Assembly (NCBI GenBank): GCA_031551645.1
Contig: JAVBNI010000246.1
Coordinates: forward strand, 2,646-66,645
DNA from: Bacteroidales bacterium
Lineage (GTDB): Bacteria > Bacteroidota > Bacteroidia > Bacteroidales > UBA4181
Direction: 5' to 3'
DNA length: 64,000 bases
Below are positions 1 to 10,457 of the stretch, piece by piece. Numbering within the stretch: the stretch's first letter is position 1; each line of letters starts with the position of its first letter. The position numbers and the translations under genes were made by a program. The notes under the pieces were generated by a model. The model ran no database searches and had not been told where the DNA came from. It saw nothing but the letters and a program-made list of their open reading frames with translations.

Positions 1-1417
1 CCGCATCGGCTAAGGGATGTTCGGAATGCTTTTCCAATGTGTAGTATATTTCTTTGGAGTGATCATCGCCGTTTAGCCACAGCATATCCGTTACAACCGG
101 CTTTCCCTCTGTGATCGTACCGGTTTTGTCGAGTACTACGGCATTAACTTTTTTTGCAATTTCGAGGCTTTCCGCATCTTTGATCAAAATGCCTTTTTCT
201 GCACCTTTTCCGATACCAACCATAATGGCCGTTGGCGTAGCCAGTCCCAGTGCACACGGACAAGCGATAATCAACACGGTGACCATTGACAGCAAACCAT
301 GTGTGAAACCGGTTGCGGGATCGAGTAATATCCAGAAGAGAAAGGACAATAAAGCAATGCCAATGATGACGGGAACGAATATGGATGCAATTTTATCGAC
401 CAACTTTTGGACAGGCGCTTTACTTCCCTGGGCATCCTGTATCATACGGATAATTTGGGCCAACATGGTATCTGCCCCGACTTTCTCGGCACGAAAGCGG
501 AAACTTCCTTTCTGGTTAATGGTTCCAGCATAGACTTTTCCGTCTTTTTCTTTAAGTACAGGAACAGGTTCGCCACTCAACATGCTTTCATCCACATACG
601 AACTTCCTTCAATGACCGAACCGTCGACAGCAATTTTTTCGCCCGGTTTCACCAACAGCAAATCTCCGGTCTTTATCCGGCTGATGGGAACTTCTTCCTG
701 TTCGCCCGATTCACGAATGATGATGACGGTTTTTGGTTGAAGTCCCATTAACTTCTTGATGGCCGACGATGTATTCCCCTTGGCCTTTTCTTCCAACATC
801 CGTCCCAGAAGGATAAAGGCGATGATGACACTTGCCGCTTCGAAATAAACATGCGGATGAATACCCCGCGAATACCAGAACTGCGGAAACAACATGTTGA
901 AAAGACTGAAAAAATAGGCAATCCCGGTACTGAGGGCGACCAGTGTATTCATGTTAGCCGAACGGTGTTTCAACTGTTTCCAGGCGTCGGTAAAGAAGCC
1001 TCTGCCGAGCCAGAATACCACGGGGGTAGATAATATCCACATGATTTCATTGGCATACGGCATATTCATGAATATCATCCCGATCATGACAATGGGGATA
1101 GACAGGATAATTGCCCAGGTGGTACGGTTTTTCAGATTTTTGTATTTCGTCACATGAGCTTGTTCGATTTCGTCGGAAATATCCTCTCCGTGACCGATAA
1201 TAAGATCATAGCCTGCCTTTTGCACAGCTTCACGTAACGATTCGGGCGAAGTTATGGATGGATTATATTCTATTGTTGCTGTCGCAGAGGCATAATTTAC
1301 CGAGCAAGCGATAACCCCTTCCTGTTTATTCAGCGCCTTGTCAACCTTTACTGCACAGGCAGCACAACCCATGTCAAGAACGGGAAAGGTTTCTTTTGCG
1401 ATTTTATGTTTTGCCAT
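1..1417 (-). CDS. copA: Copper-translocating P1B-type ATPase (3' end runs off the window)
   Basis: Not in the ORF track; read manually on the minus strand from ATG at 1417: MAKHKIAKETFPVLDMGCAACAVKV (HMA CxxC), VLIIACPCALGLATPTA (CPC motif), LDKTGT phosphorylation motif. Confidence 0.93.
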   Translation of the reverse strand, partial: MAKHKIAKETFPVLDMGCAACAVKVDKALNKQEGVIACSVNYASATATIEYNPSITSPESLREAVQKAGYDLIIGHGEDISDEIEQAHVTKYKNLKNRTTWAIILSIPIVMIGMIFMNMPYANEIMWILSTPVVFWLGRGFFTDAWKQLKHRSANMNTLVALSTGIAYFFSLFNMLFPQFWYSRGIHPHVYFEAASVIIAFILLGRMLEEKAKGNTSSAIKKLMGLQPKTVIIIRESGEQEEVPISRIKTGDLLLVKPGEKIAVDGSVIEGSSYVDESMLSGEPVPVLKEKDGKVYAGTINQKGSFRFRAEKVGADTMLAQIIRMIQDAQGSKAPVQKLVDKIASIFVPVIIGIALLSFLFWILLDPATGFTHGLLSMVTVLIIACPCALGLATPTAIMVGIGKGAEKGILIKDAESLEIAKKVNAVVLDKTGTITEGKPVVTDMLWLNGDDHSKEIYYTLEKHSEHPLADA

Positions 1418-1504
1418 TATGATACGACTTTAAGTTTTACAACACAAAGGTCGGAACAATGGTTCGGTAAATCGTTACATAATTCACACTATGATTTATA
1501 TCAT

Positions 1505-2074
1505 TTACACCTTGTCAAGCGGTTTGCGTTTTTTTTCTTTTATCTGCTTGAAATGGCTGGGGGTAAGTCCGGTAACTTTTTTGAATTGTGCGCTCAGATG
1601 GGCAACACTTGAGTAATTAAGCATATCGGCAATTTCATTCAGATTCAGTTCGTCGTAAACAAGCAATTCCTTCACTCTTTCTATTTTCTGTGCGATGAAA
1701 TATTTTTCGATAGTAACATTTTCAATTTCCGAAAACAGGTTACTGATGTAGGTGTAATCATGGTGTACTTTGTCGCTGATATAGTCCGACAAATTCTTTT
1801 TCAAGTCATTGTTGTTTTGGTGGACGAGTTCAATAATCACTCCCTTTACTTGTTCGATCAGACGAACCCTTTTGTTGTCAATCAATTCAAAGCCGATGGG
1901 TTGTAATACGTTTTTCAGTTCCTCCTTCTTTTGATCGGTGAGTTCATGAGCCAACACTACTTCTCCAAGCTTCACGGAAACAGGAACGATATCCAATTCA
2001 CGAAGCTTATCTTCCACAACCATAATACAACGGTTGCAAACCATATTCTTTATATAGATGGTGTTTTGAGACAT
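1505..2074 (-). CDS. AraC family transcriptional regulator with N-terminal HMA-like domain
   Basis: N-terminal IKNMVCNRC metal motif; C-terminal AraC HTH (LNEIADMLNYSSVAHLSAQFKKVTGLTPSHF); directly upstream of copA. Confidence 0.88.
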   Translation of the reverse strand: MSQNTIYIKNMVCNRCIMVVEDKLRELDIVPVSVKLGEVVLAHELTDQKKEELKNVLQPIGFELIDNKRVRLIEQVKGVIIELVHQNNNDLKKNLSDYISDKVHHDYTYISNLFSEIENVTIEKYFIAQKIERVKELLVYDELNLNEIADMLNYSSVAHLSAQFKKVTGLTPSHFKQIKEKKRKPLDKV

Positions 2075-2097
2075 GAGAGCAATATTACAAACTAATA

Positions 2098-2105
2098 CAA
2101 AGGTA
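2098..2105 (-). promoter_or_regulatory. Bacteroidota -7 promoter box TACCTTTG for the araC-copA unit
   Basis: Exact TAnnTTTG match on the minus strand 23 nt upstream of the AraC start. Confidence 0.6.
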
Positions 2106-2288
2106 TGATCTTCAACCGAATTATTGTTAAATTGTTATAACTAAATTATTCTTTCTTAAAAATCGTTGGTTTATTTACTCCAAATGGAGTTGCAGCTTAA
2201 GTGTTGATACAGAGTCAATTTTATTTAAAAATGATTATTTACCGAAATATTTCTGTATCTTTATAAAAACTTTAATGTATAGGAAAAC

Positions 2289-2768
2289 GTGAGCGGAATC
2301 AAGTATTGGAGCCAGATAAGAGAAAAAACAGGGAAAAATTCTGGTTATGTAATGTTAGTTATTGCGTTATTGGGGTTGTTGATACAACTGTCTAATATTT
2401 TTGCATTTGCATCCGGAAGTCCAGTGTTGCGATTTATCCGGTTTTACCTGGAGCCGGTGTATTTATCATATTTTCAACTCAGACTTTTCGAGTACTCCAC
2501 CGATGGGGGTGTTATTGTCTTTCCTAATCTCATTTTTTATGTTTTAGCATTGATTGGGGCCGCTTTATACATCAGAAGCAAAAACAGAGAAAGCCGTCTG
2601 CTGCGATTCACTTTCTCTATCGTGTTGCTTTCGTCATCACTGCTTTTATTGTTTCGCCTGATCCAGATTGTTGTGTTCTTTACAGAACTGTCATGGGGAA
2701 TGTTTTTTACACCGCGCTATCCCTATGTTTTTTTGCGATCTGGATTTTTTTATCTTATTGGAGTCTGA
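2289..2768 (+). CDS. Membrane protein, probably the N-terminal part of a frameshifted RDD-domain gene
   Basis: Several hydrophobic helices; overlaps the next ORF by 76 nt in the -1 frame around GGGG/TTTTTT runs at ~2695-2708. Confidence 0.55.
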   Translation: MSGIKYWSQIREKTGKNSGYVMLVIALLGLLIQLSNIFAFASGSPVLRFIRFYLEPVYLSYFQLRLFEYSTDGGVIVFPNLIFYVLALIGAALYIRSKNRESRLLRFTFSIVLLSSSLLLLFRLIQIVVFFTELSWGMFFTPRYPYVFLRSGFFYLIGV

Positions 2769-4060
2769 GATATCTCAATAAATTCCGGCAACTGCGTTCA
2801 TTCGACCCTTTTACAAAAAAACCGGAAGACTACGATTCTTTATATGTGACTGCAACCCGGGGACAACGTTTTTTCAATCTTGTGACAGATGTCTTTTGTT
2901 GCGTATTCATCTTTTCAATTTTTACAAGAATTTCAGGAGACAGGGACATTATGTTGTACGTGATGATGTATGTGTTCCGGTTGATATATTACATGTTTTT
3001 CGAGTCGGTATTTGGCGCTTCACCTGCAAAATTCCTTTCCGAGACACGTACCTTGAATGTCGACGGAAGCCGACCCGGATTTAAGAAAATCCTATTGAGA
3101 ACGCTTTGCCGTTTTGTCCCTTTCGAACCGTTTTCATTTTTTGCAGTAAACGACCAGTACCACATGCCTGTAAAAGGGTGGCACGATAAGTGGACTCGTA
3201 CAGTGGTTGTCCAGGAACAACAAACCGGCGTAAAGGGTAGTCGTTACTTTTTACTGATACCTTTTTTCATTTTGTTGGGAGTTGCTGTTGTTGTCGCTCA
3301 CTGGAGATATGAGGAACATCTTTCGTATTTCTATCATAAGCATGAACATGAGCAGAAAATACAGGAAATCGAACATGGCTTGAAGAATTTGTCATCGCTC
3401 ACCATCATTAAATTGACAGATGCTGGCCGTCCTTACAGTTCGGAAGCAACGTATTTAAAGCCAATCATGACAGGAATAAATTCACATACATATGTTCAGT
3501 TCACTGTTGAAAGCGACTACAATTACAATATGGTAATGATCGGAGAGTTATTAGAGCAAAAATCCGAATCGATGCAACAGGTGAATATAGCCGATAGTAT
3601 GTTGAAGAAAGCCTTTACAAAGGATTATAACCGTTACCGGAAAAGAAAGCAGAACACTGCCGATCTATTAGGCAATGGCAAACAATATGAAATAACATCT
3701 GTTGCTATGATGTATCAACCCATTATAAAGACGGGAAGTTCATCGCTGAGGTATGAAGGCGGCGAAGGTAACATCAGCCTCGGATTGGAAAACTCGGGTT
3801 GGAAAACCAGGCTGATAGACATAAAAAATCTGAAGGGGTCCATTGTATGGAAAAATACACTTCCTCAAGAAATCGAAGGAGCGACCAACAAGTTGAATAA
3901 ACAGAGTTTTTCCATTTTTGGCACTTACACTAAATATAATGAAAAATACGATGTTCTGGTCAGTTTTGAAAATGAGTATGGAGAACGCAAAGTATACCGT
4001 GTCAAGGGACGTGGTCTTGACCGGAGTTTGACGGAAGTATATCCAGACACAACTCCTTAA
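2693..4060 (+). CDS. RDD family membrane protein with large soluble C-terminal domain
   Basis: RDD-type motifs ATRGQRFFNLVTD, SPAKFLSETR, LRTLCRFVPFEPFSF, GWHDKWTRTVVV. Confidence 0.75.
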   Translation: MGNVFYTALSLCFFAIWIFLSYWSLRYLNKFRQLRSFDPFTKKPEDYDSLYVTATRGQRFFNLVTDVFCCVFIFSIFTRISGDRDIMLYVMMYVFRLIYYMFFESVFGASPAKFLSETRTLNVDGSRPGFKKILLRTLCRFVPFEPFSFFAVNDQYHMPVKGWHDKWTRTVVVQEQQTGVKGSRYFLLIPFFILLGVAVVVAHWRYEEHLSYFYHKHEHEQKIQEIEHGLKNLSSLTIIKLTDAGRPYSSEATYLKPIMTGINSHTYVQFTVESDYNYNMVMIGELLEQKSESMQQVNIADSMLKKAFTKDYNRYRKRKQNTADLLGNGKQYEITSVAMMYQPIIKTGSSSLRYEGGEGNISLGLENSGWKTRLIDIKNLKGSIVWKNTLPQEIEGATNKLNKQSFSIFGTYTKYNEKYDVLVSFENEYGERKVYRVKGRGLDRSLTEVYPDTTP

Positions 4061-4131
4061 TTATTTGAAAAGTCCCGATGCATTTTTTTACCGATTAGAT
4101 TTCGATATTCAAGATAATTTGAGTTTTTGGT

Positions 4132-4139
4132 TACATTTG
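4132..4139 (+). promoter_or_regulatory. -7 promoter box TACATTTG
   Basis: Exact TAnnTTTG match 27 nt before the AI-2E gene start. Confidence 0.55.
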
Positions 4140-4165
4140 CCGAAGAAAATTTTGAATAACCAGAT

Positions 4166-5245
4166 ATGAAAGTCAATATCAATGCCAATACCATCATGCG
4201 GATATGTGCTATCTTGCTGTTTGTTGTACTTGCATGGTATTTTTCCGATTTGGTCTTATACATATTCCTTGCATTTATTTTTTCATTGATCGGAAAACCT
4301 ATTGCCGGCAAAATCAGTAGCCTCAGCATATTCAAGCGTCATATACCTTATGGCGTCAGCAGTGTGCTGGCCATGTTATTTTTCGTACTGACATTTGCCC
4401 TGATTCTGTTTTTTTTCATTCCGATACTAACGCGCGAAGCGCATATTATTGCCACCATCAACTATGATGACTTGTCGGTAAGCCTGAGTTACCTGTTGGA
4501 TAATGTCCAGGATTTTTTATATAACAATGGGCTGATTGACGAACACGAAACATTGGTAGGGATCATCACTACCGAGTTGAAAAAGTTTGCCAACCTGACC
4601 GCATTTTCCAATATCCTGGGACAGGTGGTCAGCGCCACAGGTTCATTTCTGTTTGGTTTGTTTTCTGTTTTTTTTCTGACGTTTTTCTTTATTAAAGACG
4701 ATATCCGGATCGACCGGCTTGCCCAGATTTTGTTCGATAAGCGGCATGCTATACGTTTGACCAATGTTTCCGATAAGATCAACCATTTGTTGTCCCGTTA
4801 TTTTATTGGATTGCTGATCGAAGTTGCGTCCATGATTGTTCTTTTATATATCGGTCTGGCTATTTTCGGTATTAAGGGAGCGCTGTTGATGGCATTTTTC
4901 GGGGGTATGCTTAATGCTATTCCATACCTTGGCCCGTTGATCGGAGCGATATGCGCCTGCCTGTTTGGTGTGATCGACTGCCTCAGCCTCAATGACTATC
5001 AGGCTATTTTTCCAACCATATTGAAAATAGCAGGGACATTCATCGGGGCTAACTTGGTTGATAACATGGTATTGCAACCGCTCATTTATTCGCAAAGCGT
5101 CAAGGCTCACCCGGTGGAAATTTTCTTAGTGATCATCATGGGTGGATCATTGGCAGGGATACTGGGCATGCTGTTCGCCATTCCCGTCTATACTATTATC
5201 CGCACAATTGTTATCGAATTGTTCAATTATGCAAATGGGAAATAG
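4166..5245 (+). CDS. AI-2E family transporter (PerM/UPF0118)
   Basis: Multi-TM protein with LNAIPYLGPLIG, DNMVLQPLIYSQSVKAHP and GILGMLFAIP motifs. Confidence 0.9.
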   Translation: MKVNINANTIMRICAILLFVVLAWYFSDLVLYIFLAFIFSLIGKPIAGKISSLSIFKRHIPYGVSSVLAMLFFVLTFALILFFFIPILTREAHIIATINYDDLSVSLSYLLDNVQDFLYNNGLIDEHETLVGIITTELKKFANLTAFSNILGQVVSATGSFLFGLFSVFFLTFFFIKDDIRIDRLAQILFDKRHAIRLTNVSDKINHLLSRYFIGLLIEVASMIVLLYIGLAIFGIKGALLMAFFGGMLNAIPYLGPLIGAICACLFGVIDCLSLNDYQAIFPTILKIAGTFIGANLVDNMVLQPLIYSQSVKAHPVEIFLVIIMGGSLAGILGMLFAIPVYTIIRTIVIELFNYANGK

Positions 5246-5303
5246 TATCTTTCAAAGATTTTGTATTTTTATCGGTTTAATTTTTCTAATTTAATTTATT
5301 TCT

Positions 5304-7457
5304 GTGAAAAAGTCATTAGTGTTTCTTTTGGTATCGGTGATAACTGTTGGTTCGTTGCGTGCGGACGAGGGTATGTGGTTGTTGCCTCTTCTGGACAAGT
5401 TGAATATCCCTACCATGCAAAAAATGGGGTGCGAGTTGACCGCCGACCAAATATACAGTATCAATCATTCGAGCCTGAAGGACGCTATTGTCATTTTTGG
5501 CGGCGGATGTACCGGTGAAATGATTTCCGACGAAGGCTTGTTGTTGACCAACCATCATTGCGGCTACGATGCTATCCAGCAACACAGTTCGGTGGAGCAT
5601 GATTACCTGTCGGATGGCTTTTGGGCCATGTCGCATGGGGAAGAGTTATATACTCCCAACCTGAAAGTGACATTCCTGGTGCGCATGGAAGATGTTACCG
5701 ACCGTGTAAATGCAAAGTTGGCCGATATCATGACCGAAACGCAACGGCAGGATGCTATCGACAAGGTAAGCTTCGACATTACAAGCGAGGCCACTGCAGG
5801 AACGCATTACGACGCGTCGGTGGAAAGTTATTTCGGAGGCAATCGTTTTTATCTCTTGGTATACGAAATATATACCGATGTCCGTATGGTAGGAGCGCCG
5901 CCATCATCGATCGGCAAATTTGGCGCCGATACCGATAACTGGATGTGGCCGCGTCATACGGGCGATTTCAGTATCTTCCGCGTATATGCCGGATCCGATG
6001 GAAAACCCGCAGATTATTCTCCAGACAATGTGCCGCTCAAACCCAAGCATTTTCTACCGGTTTCATTGAAAGGCGTCGAAAAGGACGATTTTGCCATGGT
6101 AATGGGTTATCCCGGAAGCACCGACCGTTATATGACATCGTATGAAGTGGACGAATTGCTGGAAATGAGATTACCGACAAGGGTAAAAATCAGGGGAGAA
6201 AAACAGGAAATCATGATGCGTCACATGCAAGCCGATCCTGCCGTTCGCATTAAATATGCCACCAAATATTCGCGTTCGAGTAATTATTGGAAATATTCCA
6301 TCGGGCAGGCGCAAGGCATCAAACGGTTGGACGTATACGGACGTAAATCAGATCAAGAACAACGCTTTACCCAATGGGTAAGCGCCGATGCAACGCGTCA
6401 GGCTAAATATGCCGAAGCATTACCATTGATCAGATCGGGAGTCGAAGCCAACGGGGAATATCACAAAGTGCTGATGTATTTGAGTGAATGTTTCCTGCAG
6501 AGTGTAGAACTGATGACTTTTTCCATGCGGTTTCGTATACTTTTCGATGAATTGGATAAAGACAAACCCGACCAGGAAAAGATAAAGATGTTGACGGAAG
6601 TTTTGTGGAAAAGGGCGGCCGATTTTTATAAGGATTACGACCAGGCAGTCGATCGCGAAGTAACCGAAGCTATGTCTAGACGATATTTTAATGATATTTC
6701 GGAACAATATTATCCTGAATTTTATCAGACGATTGCAAAAAAATACAAGGGAAATATCAGCAAATATACCCAGGATTGGTTTGCTAAGTCTATTTTTGCC
6801 GATCCGGACCGATTGGACGCTTTCCTGCAGAAACCAACAGCAAAAGCCTTGAAAAAAGACCCGGTATTTATGGCTGGCAAATCGGTCAGAGCCTTGTATG
6901 AAGGTCTGGGAAATGATGTGGCTGTCGGCGATGAAAAATCCGAAAAGGGCCATCGTTTATACATTGCAGGAGTCCTTGAGATGGACAAGGATAAGATTTG
7001 GTATCCGGATGCTAACTTTACCATGCGCCTCACTTATGGTACAGTAAGAGACTATTTTCCGCGTGATGCCGTATATTATAATTATTACACCACATTGAAA
7101 GGAGTCATGGAAAAGAAAGACCCGGATAACTGGGAATTTGTGGTAGATGATCGCCTGGAAGAATTGTTCGAAACGAAAGATTTTGGTCCATATGCCAATA
7201 AAGATGGTGAAATGCCCGTATGTTTCATTTCGAATAACGATATTACCGGTGGTAACTCGGGTAGTCCGGTCATCAATGGCAAAGGACATCTGATTGGACT
7301 GGCATTTGACGGAAACTGGGAGGCAATGAGCGGTGATATCGTATTTGAACCTGACATCCAGCGAACCATTAGCGTCGATATCCGTTATGTATTATTTATC
7401 ATTGACAAATTTGCGGGTGCAAAACACCTGATTAACGAAATGAAGATAGTCAGGTAA
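5304..7457 (+). CDS. dpp7: S46 family dipeptidyl peptidase, DPP7-type
   Basis: Signal peptide then DEGMWL; TNHHC (His), DITGGNSGSP (Ser); FDGNWEAMSGD has Gly at the S1 position as in DPP7 rather than the Arg of DPP11. Confidence 0.9.
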   Translation: MKKSLVFLLVSVITVGSLRADEGMWLLPLLDKLNIPTMQKMGCELTADQIYSINHSSLKDAIVIFGGGCTGEMISDEGLLLTNHHCGYDAIQQHSSVEHDYLSDGFWAMSHGEELYTPNLKVTFLVRMEDVTDRVNAKLADIMTETQRQDAIDKVSFDITSEATAGTHYDASVESYFGGNRFYLLVYEIYTDVRMVGAPPSSIGKFGADTDNWMWPRHTGDFSIFRVYAGSDGKPADYSPDNVPLKPKHFLPVSLKGVEKDDFAMVMGYPGSTDRYMTSYEVDELLEMRLPTRVKIRGEKQEIMMRHMQADPAVRIKYATKYSRSSNYWKYSIGQAQGIKRLDVYGRKSDQEQRFTQWVSADATRQAKYAEALPLIRSGVEANGEYHKVLMYLSECFLQSVELMTFSMRFRILFDELDKDKPDQEKIKMLTEVLWKRAADFYKDYDQAVDREVTEAMSRRYFNDISEQYYPEFYQTIAKKYKGNISKYTQDWFAKSIFADPDRLDAFLQKPTAKALKKDPVFMAGKSVRALYEGLGNDVAVGDEKSEKGHRLYIAGVLEMDKDKIWYPDANFTMRLTYGTVRDYFPRDAVYYNYYTTLKGVMEKKDPDNWEFVVDDRLEELFETKDFGPYANKDGEMPVCFISNNDITGGNSGSPVINGKGHLIGLAFDGNWEAMSGDIVFEPDIQRTISVDIRYVLFIIDKFAGAKHLINEMKIVR

Positions 7458-7498
7458 TGTGATGCAGCTGGAATTTTGATCTTCAGATTATTTTTCCC

Positions 7499-8023
7499 GT
7501 GATCTACCTTCAATTACTTTTGGTTTATCTGCGTATCGGGCTATTTGGTTTCGGAGGCGGGTATGCCATGCTGTCGCTGATACAAAACGAGGTAGTAGTG
7601 AAGCATGAATGGCTCACGCCTAACGAATTTACCGATATTGTCGCTATCTCGCAGATGACACCCGGACCGATTGGTATTAATAGCGCCACTTATATTGGCT
7701 ATGTGGTGACAGGCAGCATATGGGGATCTGTAGTGGCTACTGTTGCCGTGTGTTTGCCTTCATTCTTTATCATGTTGTTGGCTTGCAAGTTCTTTATCAT
7801 GTTCCGAAACAATTCTTATATCGAGATGGCAATGTCGGCCTTACGGCCGGCTATTGTCGGATTGATTGCATCTGCTGCCTTGATGATGGCCAATGCCGAA
7901 AATTTTGTTGATTATATCAGTATCATCATCTTTCTGGTGTCTTTCTTGCTGACATGGAAATGGAAACTGCATCCGATCATTATGATCCTGATTGCCGGCG
8001 TGGCAGGATTGATTTTATATTAA
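7499..8023 (+). CDS. Short-chain chromate transporter (CHR family)
   Basis: GFGGGYAM and SQMTPGPIGINSATYIG motifs. Confidence 0.88.
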   Translation: MIYLQLLLVYLRIGLFGFGGGYAMLSLIQNEVVVKHEWLTPNEFTDIVAISQMTPGPIGINSATYIGYVVTGSIWGSVVATVAVCLPSFFIMLLACKFFIMFRNNSYIEMAMSALRPAIVGLIASAALMMANAENFVDYISIIIFLVSFLLTWKWKLHPIIMILIAGVAGLILY

Positions 8024-8096
8024 GTGCTTGCTAGTAATATAATCGACATCTTTACTTTAGCGTAATGTGTTGATTTAAAGCATTTTACGCTCATTT

Positions 8097-8124
8097 TCAA
8101 TTCTCAATTCTCAATTCTCAATTA
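8097..8124. repeat. Heptamer tandem repeat (TCAATTC)x3 plus TCAATTA
   Basis: Read directly; lies just upstream of the pse promoter. Confidence 0.85.
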
Positions 8125-8157
8125 TTTTATCTGCATTGTCTTATCGAACTTACTGAT

Positions 8158-8165
8158 TATCTTTG
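8158..8165 (+). promoter_or_regulatory. -7 promoter box TATCTTTG for the pse operon
   Basis: Exact TAnnTTTG match upstream of pseB. Confidence 0.6.
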
Positions 8166-8228
8166 TGAGATCATTACACCGAGTTAGAATTTAAACGGTT
8201 GTTTGTAACCGATAAGAACGATATAAGC

Positions 8229-9236
8229 ATGAACAATAAGTCTGTATTGATAACAGGAGGAACCGGATCATTCGGGCAAAAATTCGTAGAAACAATTTTT
8301 ATCAGGTATCCTGATGTTCGGCGGGTTGCGGTCTATTCGCGCGATGAACTGAAACAGTTCGAAATGTCCCAAAAGTTTCCGAAGAAGAAATATTCCGCGA
8401 TACGTTATTTCATTGGCGACGTACGCGACGGGGAGCGATTAAAACGGGCATGCGAAAGTATTGATATCATAGTTCATGCGGCAGCGTTGAAACAAGTTCC
8501 TGCAGCCGAATACAATCCCATGGAATGTATCAAGACGAATATCATGGGTGCTGAGAATGTGATTAATGCGGCTTTATCATGCAATGTACAACATGTTGTG
8601 GCATTATCGACCGATAAAGCAGCAGCTCCCATCAATCTATATGGCGCTACCAAGTTGTGTTCAGACAAATTATTTGTAGCAGCCAACAATATCAAGGGTT
8701 CCCGGAATCTTAAATTTTCAGTTGTACGATATGGAAATGTAATGGGATCGCGCGGATCAGTTATTCCCTTTTTCATGAATAAAAAGGAAAGCGGGGTAAT
8801 TCCAATTACCGACGAACAGATGACCCGGTTTAATATATCGTTGGAAGAAGGGATCGATATGGTATTGTTTGCATTAGAAAATCATTGGGGAGGCGAAATA
8901 TGGGTACCCAAAATCCCGTCATACAGGATTCTGGATCTGGCAAAAGCAATCGCACCAGATTGCAGGATCGAAGATGTAGGAATCAGGCCAGGAGAAAAAA
9001 TACACGAAGAAATGATCACCGAGGCAGATTCCTATTCAACTGTGGATATTGGTAAATATTACGCCATTTTACCGCAGGTTCCCATATGGAATAAGGGAGA
9101 ATTTATGAAGCATTTTAACGCCCGGGCAGTACCTCAGGGATTTAAATACAGTTCAGGAGAAAATACCGAGTGGGAAACGGTAGAAAGCTTACGCGAAAAA
9201 ATAAAAAAATATGTTCATCCTGATTTTACTGTTTGA
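8229..9236 (+). CDS. pseB: UDP-N-acetylglucosamine 4,6-dehydratase (inverting)
   Basis: ITGGTGSFG, SRDELKQ, HAAALKQVPAAEYNP, LSTDKA, YGATK, RYGNVMGSRGSV, GIRPGEK; ATG at 8229 preferred over TTG at 8199. Confidence 0.95.
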   Translation: MNNKSVLITGGTGSFGQKFVETIFIRYPDVRRVAVYSRDELKQFEMSQKFPKKKYSAIRYFIGDVRDGERLKRACESIDIIVHAAALKQVPAAEYNPMECIKTNIMGAENVINAALSCNVQHVVALSTDKAAAPINLYGATKLCSDKLFVAANNIKGSRNLKFSVVRYGNVMGSRGSVIPFFMNKKESGVIPITDEQMTRFNISLEEGIDMVLFALENHWGGEIWVPKIPSYRILDLAKAIAPDCRIEDVGIRPGEKIHEEMITEADSYSTVDIGKYYAILPQVPIWNKGEFMKHFNARAVPQGFKYSSGENTEWETVESLREKIKKYVHPDFTV

Positions 9237-9239
9237 CCG

Positions 9240-10421
9240 ATGAAAGCGATACCATACGGACATCAATACATATCGGAGGAAGATATTCAGGCAGTTGTCA
9301 GGACATTGCAATCCAATAATTTAACCCAAGGGCCGAAAATACCGGAATTCGAACAAAATTTTGCGGCTTATTGCCAGGCAAAATATGCAGTAATGGTATC
9401 CAACGGTACTGCAGCATTGCATCTGGCAGCTATGGCATTAGGCGTAAAGCCCGGCGATAAGGTGATCACTACGCCGATCACTTTTGTCGCATCGGCTAAC
9501 GGCTTCCGCTATTGTGGTGCAGAAATCGTATTTTGTGACATAGACCCTGAAACTTTCCTGCTGGATCTGGACAAATTGGAAAACATATTGAAACAAGCGC
9601 CTGTTGGAACCTACAAGGGAGTAGTTCCTGTCGATTTTGCAGGATATCCCGTCCATGCGGAAAAATTGCGGAAAATAGCCGATCGTTATGGATTATGGAT
9701 CGTTGAAGATGCCTGCCATGCTCCCGGAGGCTATTTCATCAACAGCAATGGAGAGAAAGAAATTTGTGGTGCATGTAACTATTCGGATCTAACCGTTTTT
9801 TCATTTCATCCGGTCAAGCATATTGCTACAGGTGAAGGAGGCGGATTAACCACCAATAACAAGAAATTGTATGATAAACTGCGCCTGTATCGGAGCCATG
9901 GCATGATCAGTGATCCCGAACTGATGGGAGAAAATCACGGCGGATGGTATATGGAAATGGTGGAACTGGGCTACAATTATCGTATGACCGATATTCAGGC
10001 AACTCTGGGCATCGAACAACTGAAACGGTTGGAATGGAACATAGGACGGAGGCAGGAGATTGCGCAAAAGTATACGGAGGCTTTTGCAGGAAAACAAGGT
10101 ATCACTACCCCAAAAGTAGAAGAAGGTATCCGGCATGCATATCATTTATATGTGGTTCAAGTCGCAGACCGTTTAGGATTATATAATTACATGCGAGCGA
10201 ACAATATTTTTGCACAAGTACATTACATCCCGGCTCATTTGATGCCTTATTACAGGAAATTCGGTTGGAAACACGGGGATATGCCGGTGGCTGAGCGTTA
10301 TTATGAACGTTGTTTGACTTTGCCGATATTCCCGACATTGACCGATGATGAACAGGATTATGTGATTGAGAAAGTTAAAGATTTTCTATTAACCACTCGA
10401 TCAAATTATAAAAACGCATAA
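9240..10421 (+). CDS. pseC: UDP-4-amino-4,6-dideoxy-AltNAc transaminase
   Basis: IPYGHQ, LTQGP, EDACHA, FSFHPVKHIATGEGG (PLP Lys), LGYNYRMTD; follows pseB. Confidence 0.93.
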   Translation: MKAIPYGHQYISEEDIQAVVRTLQSNNLTQGPKIPEFEQNFAAYCQAKYAVMVSNGTAALHLAAMALGVKPGDKVITTPITFVASANGFRYCGAEIVFCDIDPETFLLDLDKLENILKQAPVGTYKGVVPVDFAGYPVHAEKLRKIADRYGLWIVEDACHAPGGYFINSNGEKEICGACNYSDLTVFSFHPVKHIATGEGGGLTTNNKKLYDKLRLYRSHGMISDPELMGENHGGWYMEMVELGYNYRMTDIQATLGIEQLKRLEWNIGRRQEIAQKYTEAFAGKQGITTPKVEEGIRHAYHLYVVQVADRLGLYNYMRANNIFAQVHYIPAHLMPYYRKFGWKHGDMPVAERYYERCLTLPIFPTLTDDEQDYVIEKVKDFLLTTRSNYKNA

Positions 10422-10451
10422 TTCATAACTCATAATTCTTAATTCTTCACT
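10417..10451. repeat. Degenerate heptamer tandem repeat, 5 units (CATAATT CATAACT CATAATT CTTAATT CTTCACT)
   Basis: Read directly; fills the pseC-pseF spacer and contains the pseC stop codon. Confidence 0.75.
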
Positions 10452-10457
10452 ATTTAA

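Noticed and set aside
111-1157. Plus-strand ORFs 111-533, 407-751, 851-1033 and 951-1157
   Set aside because: Antisense shadows of copA, which is clearly encoded on the minus strand.
8030-8228. Invertible promoter or ops/UpxY-type control of the glycan locus
   Set aside because: No flanking inverted repeats, recombinase or upxY gene seen.
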